DNA of 24,821 bases from a virus. Taxonomy: Duplodnaviria > Heunggongvirae > Uroviricota > Caudoviricetes. This document shows positions 1 through 8,528 of this stretch, one piece after another. The notes under the pieces are model-generated. The model worked only from the letters and a program-made list of their open reading frames with translations, was not told the DNA's origin and made no database searches. The stretch lies in IMG/VR virus record IMGVR_UViG_3300023290_000014; one strand, given 5' to 3'. The position numbers were made by a program, and so were the translations under genes. Position 1 is the stretch's first letter. Every line of letters starts with the position of its first letter.

Positions 1-1062
1 TTCTCCCAAACCAAGGTATGCGAGAAGACCAGCTACATCCTTTCCACTCAAATTAGTCAGCGTATTGTCCAGCGGTTGTTTACCTACCAGCGCATTAAGC
101 ATTGTCGTGGCAAAGTTCGGATCATTCCCCAGCGCCGCCGCCAGTTCGTTCAGTGTATCCAGTGCCGCAGGTGCAGAACCCACCATTGCCGCAATCGCCG
201 ATTTCACAAAAGCCGTAGTGGCAATCTGTGTATTGTTGACCGACTGCGCCGCCGTGGGGGCTGTTGGCGTTCCGGTGAGTGCCGGACTCGACAACGGTGC
301 TTTTAGTGCCAGCGCATTGTTAATGGTGGTACTGAAATTCGGATCATTGTTAATGGCTGCGGCTATTTCTTTCAGCGTGTCCAGCGTGGCTGGCGCACCA
401 TTAATAAGGGCCGTCAGTGCCGCCTGTACAAACGCAGTGGTCGCAACCTGCGTGGTATTATTCCCCGCCGCTGGCGTTGGCGCTTTGGGGGTTCCGGTAA
501 ATGTCGGGCTGGCTTTTGGCGCGTACTGTGAATGTGGGTCCTGTGCAGCAAGATGTTTTGCCATCAGGTCATCCACGTACACCTTCAGCTCCAGTACCTT
601 GTCATCCACATACTTGCGGGTTGCCAGCACTACAGCAGGGTCGATTTTCAGGGTGATATTGTCCGTACTGCTGGTAATCAGCACCATGCGCACGGTCTGG
701 GTGCGCCCGCTGCCTTCAGCCAGTTGCGGCTTATAGCTTTCCGGGCAGTTGCCCACGGCAATCAATGCCCCGGACTCATCAAACAGGCCCACTTCACGTA
801 TCCACCAACCGCCCTCGTTTTCAGGGATCACCTGTTCAGCAATAATCTGGCTGCTATTCTGCGGGTCGATATAAAGCATATTCAGCGCAGCCCGGCGTTT
901 CTCATTTACCAGTGCCGTCTGCTTTGCGTCCGGCGTTGGCAATACTCCGCCGCCATCGCCCACCGCCATATGGGTAATTTTTAGCGGCACACCGAGCGCG
1001 GCGGCGCTGGCAAGTTTCGCCGCGCCAATATCCGTCAGCAGGGTATAAAATTTTGTGCTCAT
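1..1062 (-). CDS. H: Tail fiber protein gpH, N-terminal part only (gene continues beyond window start)
   Basis: Minus-strand ATG at 1062 translates MSTKFYTLLTDIGAAKLA..., the conserved N-terminus of P2-family tail fibre H. Start overlaps the stop of upstream gene I (ATGA). Plus-strand ORFs 65..736 and 532..984 are antisense shadows of this gene. Confidence 0.8.
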   Translation of the reverse strand, partial: MSTKFYTLLTDIGAAKLASAAALGVPLKITHMAVGDGGGVLPTPDAKQTALVNEKRRAALNMLYIDPQNSSQIIAEQVIPENEGGWWIREVGLFDESGALIAVGNCPESYKPQLAEGSGRTQTVRMVLITSSTDNITLKIDPAVVLATRKYVDDKVLELKVYVDDLMAKHLAAQDPHSQYAPKASPTFTGTPKAPTPAAGNNTTQVATTAFVQAALTALINGAPATLDTLKEIAAAINNDPNFSTTINNALALKAPLSSPALTGTPTAPTAAQSVNNTQIATTAFVKSAIAAMVGSAPAALDTLNELAAALGNDPNFATTMLNALVGKQPLDNTLTNLSGKDVAGLLAYLGLGE

Positions 1063-1664
1063 GGATTCACTCTCATTGTGTCAATAACATGGACCGCCCC
1101 GCCTTCATGCGCGGTGCCACCGGAAATAATCGTTTCGTTGATATACGGATAGATCGTGATTTCTTCGCCAAGATAGCTGGCGGCTCCCACCCAATGCGGG
1201 CCGCTGGTCTGCAGATTGATGGACATGCCGATCATGTGGCGGCTACATGGTTTGGCATCGCTTATCAGTCGCTCAAGTTCCAGATAGGTATCTTCAGTGA
1301 TGCCCTGGTCCTGCACGCCGATATCCAGGCGAAACGTGCCCGGTGCCTCTCCGGTCTGCCACCACTCAATAATGCGGATCAGAAAGCCGAACGGCTCCAC
1401 CACCCGCCGCACGGCACTGGTGGTCCCTTTATGCTGATGAATATAAAAAGCATCCTTCACCACCTGGCGCTTGACGCTTTCCGTCCAGCTCTCGTCCCAG
1501 CGATCCACAGAGAACGCCCAGGCGAGATAAGGCAGGAAACTGACCGGACAGGTCGCCGGATTCCACAAGTCACGCAGTGGCACCTGCAGATCAGAAATCC
1601 CGCTGCAGGTGTGCGCCAGTCGGCGCTCCAGTGGTGTTGAACCCGGTGGCAGCAGACTATTCAT
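1059..1664 (-). CDS. I: Baseplate assembly protein gpI
   Basis: 201-aa ORF with motifs recalled from P2 gpI (WNPATCP, LPYLAWAFSVDRWDE, GTFRLDIGV). Sits between J and H as in P2. Confidence 0.85.
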   Translation of the reverse strand: MNSLLPPGSTPLERRLAHTCSGISDLQVPLRDLWNPATCPVSFLPYLAWAFSVDRWDESWTESVKRQVVKDAFYIHQHKGTTSAVRRVVEPFGFLIRIIEWWQTGEAPGTFRLDIGVQDQGITEDTYLELERLISDAKPCSRHMIGMSINLQTSGPHWVGAASYLGEEITIYPYINETIISGGTAHEGGAVHVIDTMRVNP

Positions 1665-2565
1665 CCGTTCCCCCGTTGGTCACGCTCCACTGCGTACATG
1701 ATGCCGCCTGCGTTTTGTTCAGGACCACATCCGCCAGCGGGGAAGCCAGTTCCACACGCTGCACACCCTCCACATGCAGGGCGGCAAAAATGGCGCTACG
1801 GCGAATATCCCGACCCAGCCGCGTCTGACTGGCGATGTACCTCTGCAGGCTGGCTTTTGCCGCTGCCATTACCGGCTCTGCTTCCGGCCCCGGATAGAGA
1901 AAAATGGTGGCTTCCACGCGGTACGGGATGATTTCTGCGCTGCGAACCGTCAGACGGTCAGCCACCGGGCGGACGTTCTCACTGTTCAGGGCTTTCTCCA
2001 CCACATCCAGCAGGTCTTTTTCTGCAGTTCCATCGCCTTCGCGGCTAAGGACAGTCAGCACCACCTCTGCAGGTGCCGGGCTGGTTGCACTGGCATCCGC
2101 CACCCGACCGTCAGCGCTTCGTGCATGAAACTCATAAGCTGCAGTTGGCCCCGCAACTGAAAGCCCTTCAAAGGCTGCAGGCACACGCAGGCGTAACGCT
2201 TCATCACTTTCCATCACAGCCGCAACGGGTGGCACAACGTCATTATCAGCAGGCGTCACCGTCAGGCGTTTCACGTTGTAGTTGGCAGCGATTTGGTCCA
2301 GATCGCCGCCCATCGCGTAAGCCACCATCACCGCCTGCGCGGCTTCGTTAATGCGCTGGCGCAGAAGCAACTCACGGTAAGCGTTCTCCTGCAACAATTT
2401 GGTGACGGGTTCAGATTCCAGTTCCAGCGTGCGGATCACGGCTTCCTGCTCATCTTTCGGATGAAGCGCCACAAATTCTGCCTTGCGTTCGGCAAGCAGC
2501 GTCTCAAAGTCAGGCACATCCACAATCTGCGGCGCAGGCAACTGCGAAAGATCAATCACTGCCAT
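1657..2565 (-). CDS. J: Baseplate protein gpJ
   Basis: 302-aa ORF, the length of P2 gpJ, overlapping W and I ends as in the P2 V-W-J-I-H operon. Confidence 0.85.
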   Translation of the reverse strand: MAVIDLSQLPAPQIVDVPDFETLLAERKAEFVALHPKDEQEAVIRTLELESEPVTKLLQENAYRELLLRQRINEAAQAVMVAYAMGGDLDQIAANYNVKRLTVTPADNDVVPPVAAVMESDEALRLRVPAAFEGLSVAGPTAAYEFHARSADGRVADASATSPAPAEVVLTVLSREGDGTAEKDLLDVVEKALNSENVRPVADRLTVRSAEIIPYRVEATIFLYPGPEAEPVMAAAKASLQRYIASQTRLGRDIRRSAIFAALHVEGVQRVELASPLADVVLNKTQAASCTQWSVTNGGTDE

Positions 2566-2911
2566 TCTCTACTCCTGTTGATACGGAAAGGGAAACAGGC
2601 ACACCGTTATTACGCCGCCCGGTCAGCTCCACCACCATTGAACCGTCAAAATTGCCGTTAATGGTGATGGAATCCAGCGTCAGCCGTGGCTCCCAGCGAC
2701 TCAGCGCCACATACACTGCCGACATGACCTGCAGGCGTAACGCCGGATTTTGTGGCTGGTCTATCAGTGCCGACAGCAGGGAACCATATTCCCGGCGGGC
2801 AATGCGGCTGCCCTGCGGTGTCAGCAGAATGTCCCGCACAGACTGGCGCAGATGATCAATATCAGTAATGACTTTGCCGCTGGTATTGTTCATCCCGCTA
2901 TAAAGCGTCAT
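2552..2911 (-). CDS. W: Baseplate protein gpW (gp25-like)
   Basis: 119-aa ORF between V and J, with size and order matching P2 gpW. Exact start (MTLYSG vs MNNTSG) uncertain. Confidence 0.8.
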   Translation of the reverse strand: MTLYSGMNNTSGKVITDIDHLRQSVRDILLTPQGSRIARREYGSLLSALIDQPQNPALRLQVMSAVYVALSRWEPRLTLDSITINGNFDGSMVVELTGRRNNGVPVSLSVSTGVENGSD

Positions 2912-3486
2912 ACCGGGCCTCCGGTTGTATCGCCGCCTTTCAGGACGCCAGTATGCTGATGCGCATCAACCACGATCCCGTTAGAACTCATCGCTCCGCC
3001 GCCCTGGGTAACGCCACCATTGATCACCACTTCGCTGTTAATGCGCGTGCGGTCAGCCTCCAGTACAAACTCAGTGGTTTTCATGGTGATGTTGTCAGCG
3101 GCCTCAATGACCATTGATTTGATGCCCCTGACATACCAGCGCCCGGTGGCGGGTTCGTATTCAAACCAGCCACCGTCAGGATGTTCTGTCACGCAGGCGT
3201 CCGCCGACGTCGACGGTGGAGCGAACTGATTCGAATAGACAGCGGGCAACGCAAAGGCGGTTTCAAGATTGCCGCCCAGACTCAGCAGCACAACCTGTTC
3301 ACCTTCCGATGGTCGCCACCATGTGCGGGCATTCCCGGCACGCAGCGTCAGCCAGCTGATCCAGTTGGTTTCAAGGTCGCCCGTTTTCACCCGGCAAAGC
3401 CAGTTTTCCCGGTCCACTTCGGTGACTACACCTGTGCGGATCAGGTTGGTGATAAGGCGCATGATTTCGGTTAATTGTGCGTTCAT
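2908..3486 (-). CDS. V: Baseplate spike/hub protein gpV
   Basis: 192-aa ORF; the N-terminus (MNAQLTEIMRLITNLIRTG..., WISWLT, RTWWRPSEGEQV) resembles P2 gpV as recalled. First gene downstream of a TGT-N12-ACA late-promoter dyad. Confidence 0.8.
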   Translation of the reverse strand: MNAQLTEIMRLITNLIRTGVVTEVDRENWLCRVKTGDLETNWISWLTLRAGNARTWWRPSEGEQVVLLSLGGNLETAFALPAVYSNQFAPPSTSADACVTEHPDGGWFEYEPATGRWYVRGIKSMVIEAADNITMKTTEFVLEADRTRINSEVVINGGVTQGGGAMSSNGIVVDAHQHTGVLKGGDTTGGPV

Positions 3487-3531
3487 AGGGAAAGGTTGCC
3501 ATCAGGGGAAGAAAGCCGGCAGTGCTGCAAC

Positions 3532-3551
3532 TTGTATCAGTGCTGATACAA
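3532..3551 (-). promoter_or_regulatory. Late-promoter activator dyad TTGTATCAG-tg-CTGATACAA (TGT-N12-ACA) upstream of V
   Basis: Perfect 9+9 inverted repeat in the S-V intergenic region, matching the TGT-N12-ACA motif used by Ogr/B-type activators at P2/186 late promoters. Confidence 0.5.
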
Positions 3552-3554
3552 AGA

Positions 3555-4001
3555 TCACCCCGCCAGCCATTGCAGAATCATGTCGCGGGTCATTGCCTCA
3601 ACATCATCATTTACACCCAGAAGGCGACGCTCTGCGTAACGGACCTCAGGTCCTTTGCGACTGACGCGATCACGTAAGCCGTAGTGATGAACGCGGGCAA
3701 TACGCTGCACCTTACCTTCAAACTGTACGCTGGAAGAATCAGCGCTGGCGGCAGTTTTCAGGTATTTTGTGGTGCGCAGCTTTGCAAACATCTGACGTTT
3801 GATACGGCCTTTTTTACTGCGTGCTGTTAACCGTCGCGGTTCATAGCTGCTGCCGTCAGGATTGCGCTGCATCCTGATATTCTGCTGCTGTGTCCGGCGC
3901 AGTTCCTGCGCCAGCTGGCGCATCATACGGCTTCTTGCGGCTGGCTCCAGATTCGCCAGCAAGGCACTCAGCCAGTCGTCCACTTTCTGCAGTTCAGCCA
4001 C
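3555..4001 (-). CDS. S: Tail completion protein gpS
   Basis: 148-aa ORF downstream of R in the conserved R-S order, with size matching P2 gpS. Confidence 0.75.
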   Translation of the reverse strand: MAELQKVDDWLSALLANLEPAARSRMMRQLAQELRRTQQQNIRMQRNPDGSSYEPRRLTARSKKGRIKRQMFAKLRTTKYLKTAASADSSSVQFEGKVQRIARVHHYGLRDRVSRKGPEVRYAERRLLGVNDDVEAMTRDMILQWLAG

Positions 4002-4446
4002 GTTTCACCGTCCACATTTCTTCAGGTTCATCAGGTTCCGTTATCGCTTCAACGCTCGACACACTGCCGTCAGTGCTGACCAGCACACGCTCCGTCAGTT
4101 GCAGGTTAAGGCTGATATCACAGATATCGTTGCGCAAAATATCCACCTCAAAGGTGAATAACTTTTCCCGTAACGTCGGATTATTGATGGCATCGGGCTG
4201 GTTATTCCGCAGCCACAGCAAAACCGGGGCCATCAGCAGATTCTGGTCGCCGCTGAAATCTTCTATCACCACGTTCAGGGTGTAACGGTACTCCCATGAC
4301 ATGGAGCTGGCCCCCGTGGCAACCAGCGAACCGTTATCCACAAACAGATGCAGTTTGTCCGGGTTATTACGGACATAAGGCACCGCTTTATTGAGGGTGT
4401 GGCGCAGGGATTGTGGTTTGTTCACTGTTTCGCTCCTGACACGCAA
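3994..4446 (-). CDS. R: Tail completion protein gpR
   Basis: 150-aa ORF following the lysis genes, with a segment (LHLFVDNGSLVATGASSMSWEYRYTLNVVIEDFSGD) resembling P2 gpR as recalled. The annotated start overlaps the LysC 3' end, so the true start may be further downstream. Confidence 0.7.
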   Translation of the reverse strand: MRVRSETVNKPQSLRHTLNKAVPYVRNNPDKLHLFVDNGSLVATGASSMSWEYRYTLNVVIEDFSGDQNLLMAPVLLWLRNNQPDAINNPTLREKLFTFEVDILRNDICDISLNLQLTERVLVSTDGSVSSVEAITEPDEPEEMWTVKRG

Positions 4447-4678
4447 TAATCATGTCCACTTTGTCTGCACAGACCGCCCAGGCGGCTTCCGTTTCATCCA
4501 GCAACGCGTTCAGATCACCGTTAGTGCGCGGCGCTGCCTGCTCCAGCCGACACGGCGTCACTCGCGGACAACCACTGACGGTAAGCTGCACCTCCGGTGA
4601 GTACCGGACGTTCCCGCAGCCGGATAATGTCAGCAGGCAAAGGAGTATCAGCCCAGCGGCGTAAATCCTCGTTCTCAC
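4388..4678 (-). CDS. lysC: Outer-membrane spanin lipoprotein (LysC/Rz1-like o-spanin)
   Basis: 96-aa ORF in an alternative frame, starting inside lysB and extending past its stop. Signal peptide with lipobox LTLSGC and a proline-rich mature part, the hallmark of embedded o-spanins. Confidence 0.7.
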   Translation of the reverse strand: MRTRIYAAGLILLCLLTLSGCGNVRYSPEVQLTVSGCPRVTPCRLEQAAPRTNGDLNALLDETEAAWAVCADKVDMIIACQERNSEQTTIPAPHPQ

Positions 4679-4949
4679 GTTTCAGTTCCTCGATCCGGCG
4701 TTGTCGTTGTCTCAGCAGTGCGCTGGTCTGTTCGGCGTCGGCATAAAGCCGCGCCTGCTCCCGGTTGTTGGTTTCAGCCAGAATGGACAGGCTGATAAGC
4801 TGGCTGTTGCTCTTTGCCAGTTCCTGGCTTTTGCTCTGCAGCTCGTCTGCCTGCGTGCTGATGGTCTGGCTGGCATCAGCCAGCCGCCACGTCTGCCAGC
4901 CCAGCGCCGCCAGTAATAACGCCAGCACAACCAGCAGCAACCGGTTCAT
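4521..4949 (-). CDS. lysB: Inner-membrane spanin (LysB/Rz-like i-spanin)
   Basis: 142-aa ORF with N-terminal TM helix (LLLVVLALLLAALGW) followed by a charged coiled-coil region; it contains the embedded lysC frame. Confidence 0.75.
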   Translation of the reverse strand: MNRLLLVVLALLLAALGWQTWRLADASQTISTQADELQSKSQELAKSNSQLISLSILAETNNREQARLYADAEQTSALLRQRQRRIEELKRENEDLRRWADTPLPADIIRLRERPVLTGGAAYRQWLSASDAVSAGAGSAAH

Positions 4950-5323
4950 GCGGCTACCTGTTGCGCCATCTGGTTACGTGTGATCCAGAAGGCAATAACG
5001 GTCAGCAGATAAAAGACCAGGGTAATGGCCCACCCCGTCCAGGCGAGACTGACGACAATCAGCAATCGCATCACCCAGCTGATAAATACGTTTTCTTTTC
5101 GGGTAATGCTCTTCAGCAAAGATGCCCTCAACTCCTGCCAGAGAGGGCCGTTCTTAATTAACGCAGCCAGTGCTACCGGAATTACTGCCCATGTCAGCAG
5201 ACAGGCTACCCAGACACCAGATGCTGCCAGTACCGGAAAAATCCCCTGTGGATACATCATTGTTGCGATCAACAGCCCCATCCATAACATCAGAAACAGC
5301 CCGCTGATTAATTTCTTTTTCAT
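4946..5323 (-). CDS. lysA: LysA-like multi-TM lysis accessory membrane protein
   Basis: Likely start at internal MKKKLISGLF (ATG at 5323), 1 nt after the endolysin stop. Several hydrophobic helices. Position matches P2 lysA between K and lysB. Confidence 0.55.
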   Translation of the reverse strand: MKKKLISGLFLMLWMGLLIATMMYPQGIFPVLAASGVWVACLLTWAVIPVALAALIKNGPLWQELRASLLKSITRKENVFISWVMRLLIVVSLAWTGWAITLVFYLLTVIAFWITRNQMAQQVAA

Positions 5324-5324
5324 T

Positions 5325-5837
5325 TCAGTTTGCTCCCTGTAAGCACCAGGCCATCTCCCGCGCACGGCGGTTATCCAGCCCCTGATTAAAAACACCTTTC
5401 ACATAAACCCAGCGCGGCAACTGTCGGCACGCATCCGCCCAGCGCCGCTGGTTGAGTAATTTCACCAGCGTGGAACTGCAGGCATTGCCCGTTCCCACGT
5501 TGAAGGCAAACGACACCACCGCGTCATACACCTTCTGCGGCGGCTGTTGCTTCACACACCTTTCCAGCGCCCGCTCCACACGCAGCACGTTGGAGATCAG
5601 CCCTTCCGCTGCCTGTCGTTCCGTAATGGTTTTGCCGGGAATGACGCCCGATGTATTACCAATGCCGTCGGTCCAGACACCCGCGCTGCACTGATACGGC
5701 TGCAGACGACAGCCTTCGTAATCGGCAATCAGTTTCAGCCCCTCCACGGAGGTGTGAAGCTGCTGAAAACCCGGCAGCGTGGCAGCAATAGCCAGCACGG
5801 TCCCGACAAGGCAGCGTTTAACGATTGATGGATTCAT
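5325..5837 (-). CDS. Endolysin, GH24 lysozyme with N-terminal SAR-like hydrophobic segment
   Basis: 170 aa with hydrophobic N-terminus (LVGTVLAIAATL) and the T4-lysozyme-type catalytic region (ADYEGCRLQPY...GVWTDGIGNT). Confidence 0.8.
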   Translation of the reverse strand: MNPSIVKRCLVGTVLAIAATLPGFQQLHTSVEGLKLIADYEGCRLQPYQCSAGVWTDGIGNTSGVIPGKTITERQAAEGLISNVLRVERALERCVKQQPPQKVYDAVVSFAFNVGTGNACSSTLVKLLNQRRWADACRQLPRWVYVKGVFNQGLDNRRAREMAWCLQGAN

Positions 5838-6033
5838 AGTCCTCCCGCGAGATCTGCCCGTCGCGCAGAAGCTGGTAGGCTTTGTGTTTGTAGTACCAGT
5901 TGATAGCCAGCATCAGCACACCAATCATCAGGCCGCCCAGCGTTGAGGCATCCTTGATGGACAAATCGCCCAGCCAGGCCAGCACGACGGCGATGCAATA
6001 CGTGATAAAGGCGCTGATTCGCTCAAGCGTCAT
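5818..6033 (-). CDS. Holin (small 2-TM membrane protein)
   Basis: 71 aa with two hydrophobic helices and a charged C-terminus, sitting immediately upstream of and overlapping the endolysin gene. Confidence 0.6.
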   Translation of the reverse strand: MTLERISAFITYCIAVVLAWLGDLSIKDASTLGGLMIGVLMLAINWYYKHKAYQLLRDGQISREDYESINR

Positions 6034-6036
6034 AAT

Positions 6037-6240
6037 TCAGTCCCATAGCTGGACGGTCTGCACGGTGGTGGTGGTCGGAATGTCCGGCAGCTCCACCTGC
6101 AGCCCGTGAGGTAAAAAGGGGCCGTATTCGGCAAGCCCCGGATTTGCCTTCAGTACCTGCTCCGTGACACCCTGCGTGCGCCCGTAATGACGCCAGCAAA
6201 GCGCGTCCACCGTGTCATACTGATGCGCACGCACTTTCAT
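6037..6240 (-). CDS. X: Tail protein X
   Basis: 67-aa ORF, the length of P2 gpX, with recalled motifs (DALCWRHYGRT, ANPGLAE, LPHG..ELPD). Confidence 0.8.
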   Translation of the reverse strand: MKVRAHQYDTVDALCWRHYGRTQGVTEQVLKANPGLAEYGPFLPHGLQVELPDIPTTTTVQTVQLWD

Positions 6241-6767
6241 CAGATAAGCTCCACTGTGCAGTGCGGCGCATCCTGCACCCGGCTGATGGCCCAGCGGGCG
6301 TCACGCCACAAATCACCGCTTGCTTCCGCCAGTTCCTCGCCCCGCTTCACACCGGACGCCGTGGCGTCATAGTCCTGGTAACGTTCGTTGAGCATGGCGC
6401 GTGCCCAACAGTAAACCGCGTTGAAATAGTGCTGAATGCGCTCACTTTTGCCGTCCAGCTGTTCCGCCGGAACCTCTGCCAGCGAGGCATACCCCAGCAT
6501 CTGCTGGCGTCTGCGAAACTCATACAGCTCTGCGTTGACCTCCGAAATTGCCGACAGCGCAACCTGCTTTAAACGCGGCTGCGTCACCGTGCCGTCAGTG
6601 CGCATCACGCTGCGAAACTCCGACAGGTCCACATCAGGCCAGAACGGCGTATTCCTGATGATTTCCGCCTGTTCCGGTGCCTGTTCTGGCGCAACAAACT
6701 TCATGCTGCTTTCTCCTGAAATAGAGGGCGGTGGACGGGGTTTTGATGTGGCAGTGCCTTTCGCCAC
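6240..6767 (-). CDS. L: Head completion/stabilisation protein gpL
   Basis: 175-aa ORF downstream of M, with similarity to P2 gpL as recalled (NAELYEFR, ELWRDARWAISR). Confidence 0.8.
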   Translation of the reverse strand: MAKGTATSKPRPPPSISGESSMKFVAPEQAPEQAEIIRNTPFWPDVDLSEFRSVMRTDGTVTQPRLKQVALSAISEVNAELYEFRRRQQMLGYASLAEVPAEQLDGKSERIQHYFNAVYCWARAMLNERYQDYDATASGVKRGEELAEASGDLWRDARWAISRVQDAPHCTVELI

Positions 6768-6799
6768 CCCGTGCCGCCCGTGCGCGGGGGCACGTTCTG

Positions 6800-7450
6800 T
6801 CAGCGGCTGTCATTGCGCAGTCTGCGCTCCAGCTGCTGTTTGTCTTTTTTCACGCCACAGCGGGGATCGAGCTGTAACGCATGGTTGAGATGATTAAGGG
6901 CGGAAGCCGGGTTGCTTTCACTCAGGACAGCGCCAATCGCTTTATGCAGACGCGCCCGTGACTGGTCCGGCATATCCAGACCGTCTGTCAGCTCCAGCGT
7001 CTGCAGCAACAGATCGGCATCAAAGCCGGTGGCGGCAAGCATTGCGCTCTGCGCCGCGTCTGCCATTTCCTCTGCCAGCACGGTCTGCACGTTGCGGTTA
7101 CCCAGCGGCATCACCCAGCCATGACGCAGGGCATGACGCCCGATCTCCAGCGCCCCGGCATAATCTCCGGCATCAATGCGCCACAGCATCACGTACATCA
7201 GCACGTCATCCTGTTGAGCGCCTCCGGCAGCCAGGACGCCCTCCGCCCAGGCGGCATATTTCGGCAGCAGCTCCACCTTGATTTCCGCTTTTTTCACCGT
7301 GGACTGAACGCCCTTGAGACGGCGGCGGTCTTCCGCCAGTTGCAGCAGCATCAGGTCATAGCCCGACGCGTGGCGAACGCTGCCGCCCTCGCGGGCGGCC
7401 TGTTCAGCCTGAACGCGCAGGCGATGCTGCCGTGCGGGACTCAGGCTCAT
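6800..7450 (-). CDS. M: Terminase endonuclease (small) subunit gpM
   Basis: 216-aa ORF immediately downstream of major capsid gene N, in the conserved O-N-M-L order. Confidence 0.8.
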   Translation of the reverse strand: MSLSPARQHRLRVQAEQAAREGGSVRHASGYDLMLLQLAEDRRRLKGVQSTVKKAEIKVELLPKYAAWAEGVLAAGGAQQDDVLMYVMLWRIDAGDYAGALEIGRHALRHGWVMPLGNRNVQTVLAEEMADAAQSAMLAATGFDADLLLQTLELTDGLDMPDQSRARLHKAIGAVLSESNPASALNHLNHALQLDPRCGVKKDKQQLERRLRNDSR

Positions 7451-7453
7451 GGG

Positions 7454-8512
7454 TTACGCTCCGGCTTCTGCTGCAGCGGCGCTGAAATCGCCAATCTGGA
7501 TGTTTTCCACCAGTGCGGCGCAGCGGTAGTCCTCAACCACATAGGCTTCGTTAACGGATTCAAAATTTTCAATCCGGTCACGTTTCGGGTTGTCGATAAC
7601 TGAACGGCGGCGGGTGTCTTCCTGCCAGTAGATGGACAGGTTATCCAGACGGGTGATCAGCAGCGCATTCGGCGGGAAGAACGGCGCACGCACGGCCTGC
7701 AGGCCACCCATGCGTTTCTGACTGATGATCATATCGGCAGCCAGTTTTTCACTGTTTTCCTGCTCTTTGTTGACCAGCGGGAAATACTTGTCAGACAGCA
7801 GTTCACGACCGCAAATCACCACCAGATCGTCATCGTCCTGGTAGACCACATCGATAAGCTCATTGACGGCATCCATCACTACGGCGTCCAGGTTGGCATA
7901 TTCGCCACCTTTCCCGACTTTCACCACGCCCGGAGTGGTTTCACCGCCCGTGGTGGTGCTGCCCATGACGTGATCCGGTGCATCCTCACGGATTTTCTGC
8001 AGCCAGCCTTTGTTTACATCCTGCAGCAGCGGGTTTTCACTACGGTTGGAGGTTTTCGCACGCTTCACGCCGTTAAAGCCGATCATGATGCGGTCCAGTG
8101 CCTGACGTTTCACGATGGCGTCACGGATGCGCACCTGGAAATCCTGAAACTTCGCCCACAGGTCCAGCTTCGCGTAGGTCAGCACCGTGTCAAAGTTGGT
8201 CTGCTCGCATTTATATTCCACATCAACCATCAGCGTCGGATCGACAGGCTCACGCTCTTTCGCGGTGGTGTCAGTGGTTCCGGCAATGGTGCTGCCAACA
8301 CCCAGACCCAGCAACTGACCAGACTGCTCAGTCACTGGCGTGACGTTAATCAGCGTCAGGAAAGCGGCGGACTGCTGGATCTGGTCTTCCAGCGTCTGCT
8401 GTACAGACGGCTCTACAGTGAACTTGCTGGACAGTTCTTCAACTGCCACACCGTTCAGACGCGCCAGCTGCTGCAGGTAAGCGTTAAAAGCAAAGCGGGT
8501 ATTCTTCTTCAT
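7454..8512 (-). CDS. N: Major capsid protein gpN
   Basis: 352-aa ORF whose N-terminus (MKKNTRFAFNAYLQQLARLNGV...) resembles P2-family major capsid precursor; lies between O and M. Confidence 0.9.
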   Translation of the reverse strand: MKKNTRFAFNAYLQQLARLNGVAVEELSSKFTVEPSVQQTLEDQIQQSAAFLTLINVTPVTEQSGQLLGLGVGSTIAGTTDTTAKEREPVDPTLMVDVEYKCEQTNFDTVLTYAKLDLWAKFQDFQVRIRDAIVKRQALDRIMIGFNGVKRAKTSNRSENPLLQDVNKGWLQKIREDAPDHVMGSTTTGGETTPGVVKVGKGGEYANLDAVVMDAVNELIDVVYQDDDDLVVICGRELLSDKYFPLVNKEQENSEKLAADMIISQKRMGGLQAVRAPFFPPNALLITRLDNLSIYWQEDTRRRSVIDNPKRDRIENFESVNEAYVVEDYRCAALVENIQIGDFSAAAAEAGA

Positions 8513-8528
8513 CGGGTTTTGTGCTCCA

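Noticed and set aside
65-984. Plus-strand ORFs of 223 aa and 150 aa (plus a 76-aa ORF) at the left edge
   Set aside because: They lie antisense to the tail-fibre H coding region, whose minus-strand translation gives the conserved MSTKFYTLLTDIGAAKLA N-terminus. The plus-strand products are low-complexity Ala/Ser/Val-rich shadows with no start context.
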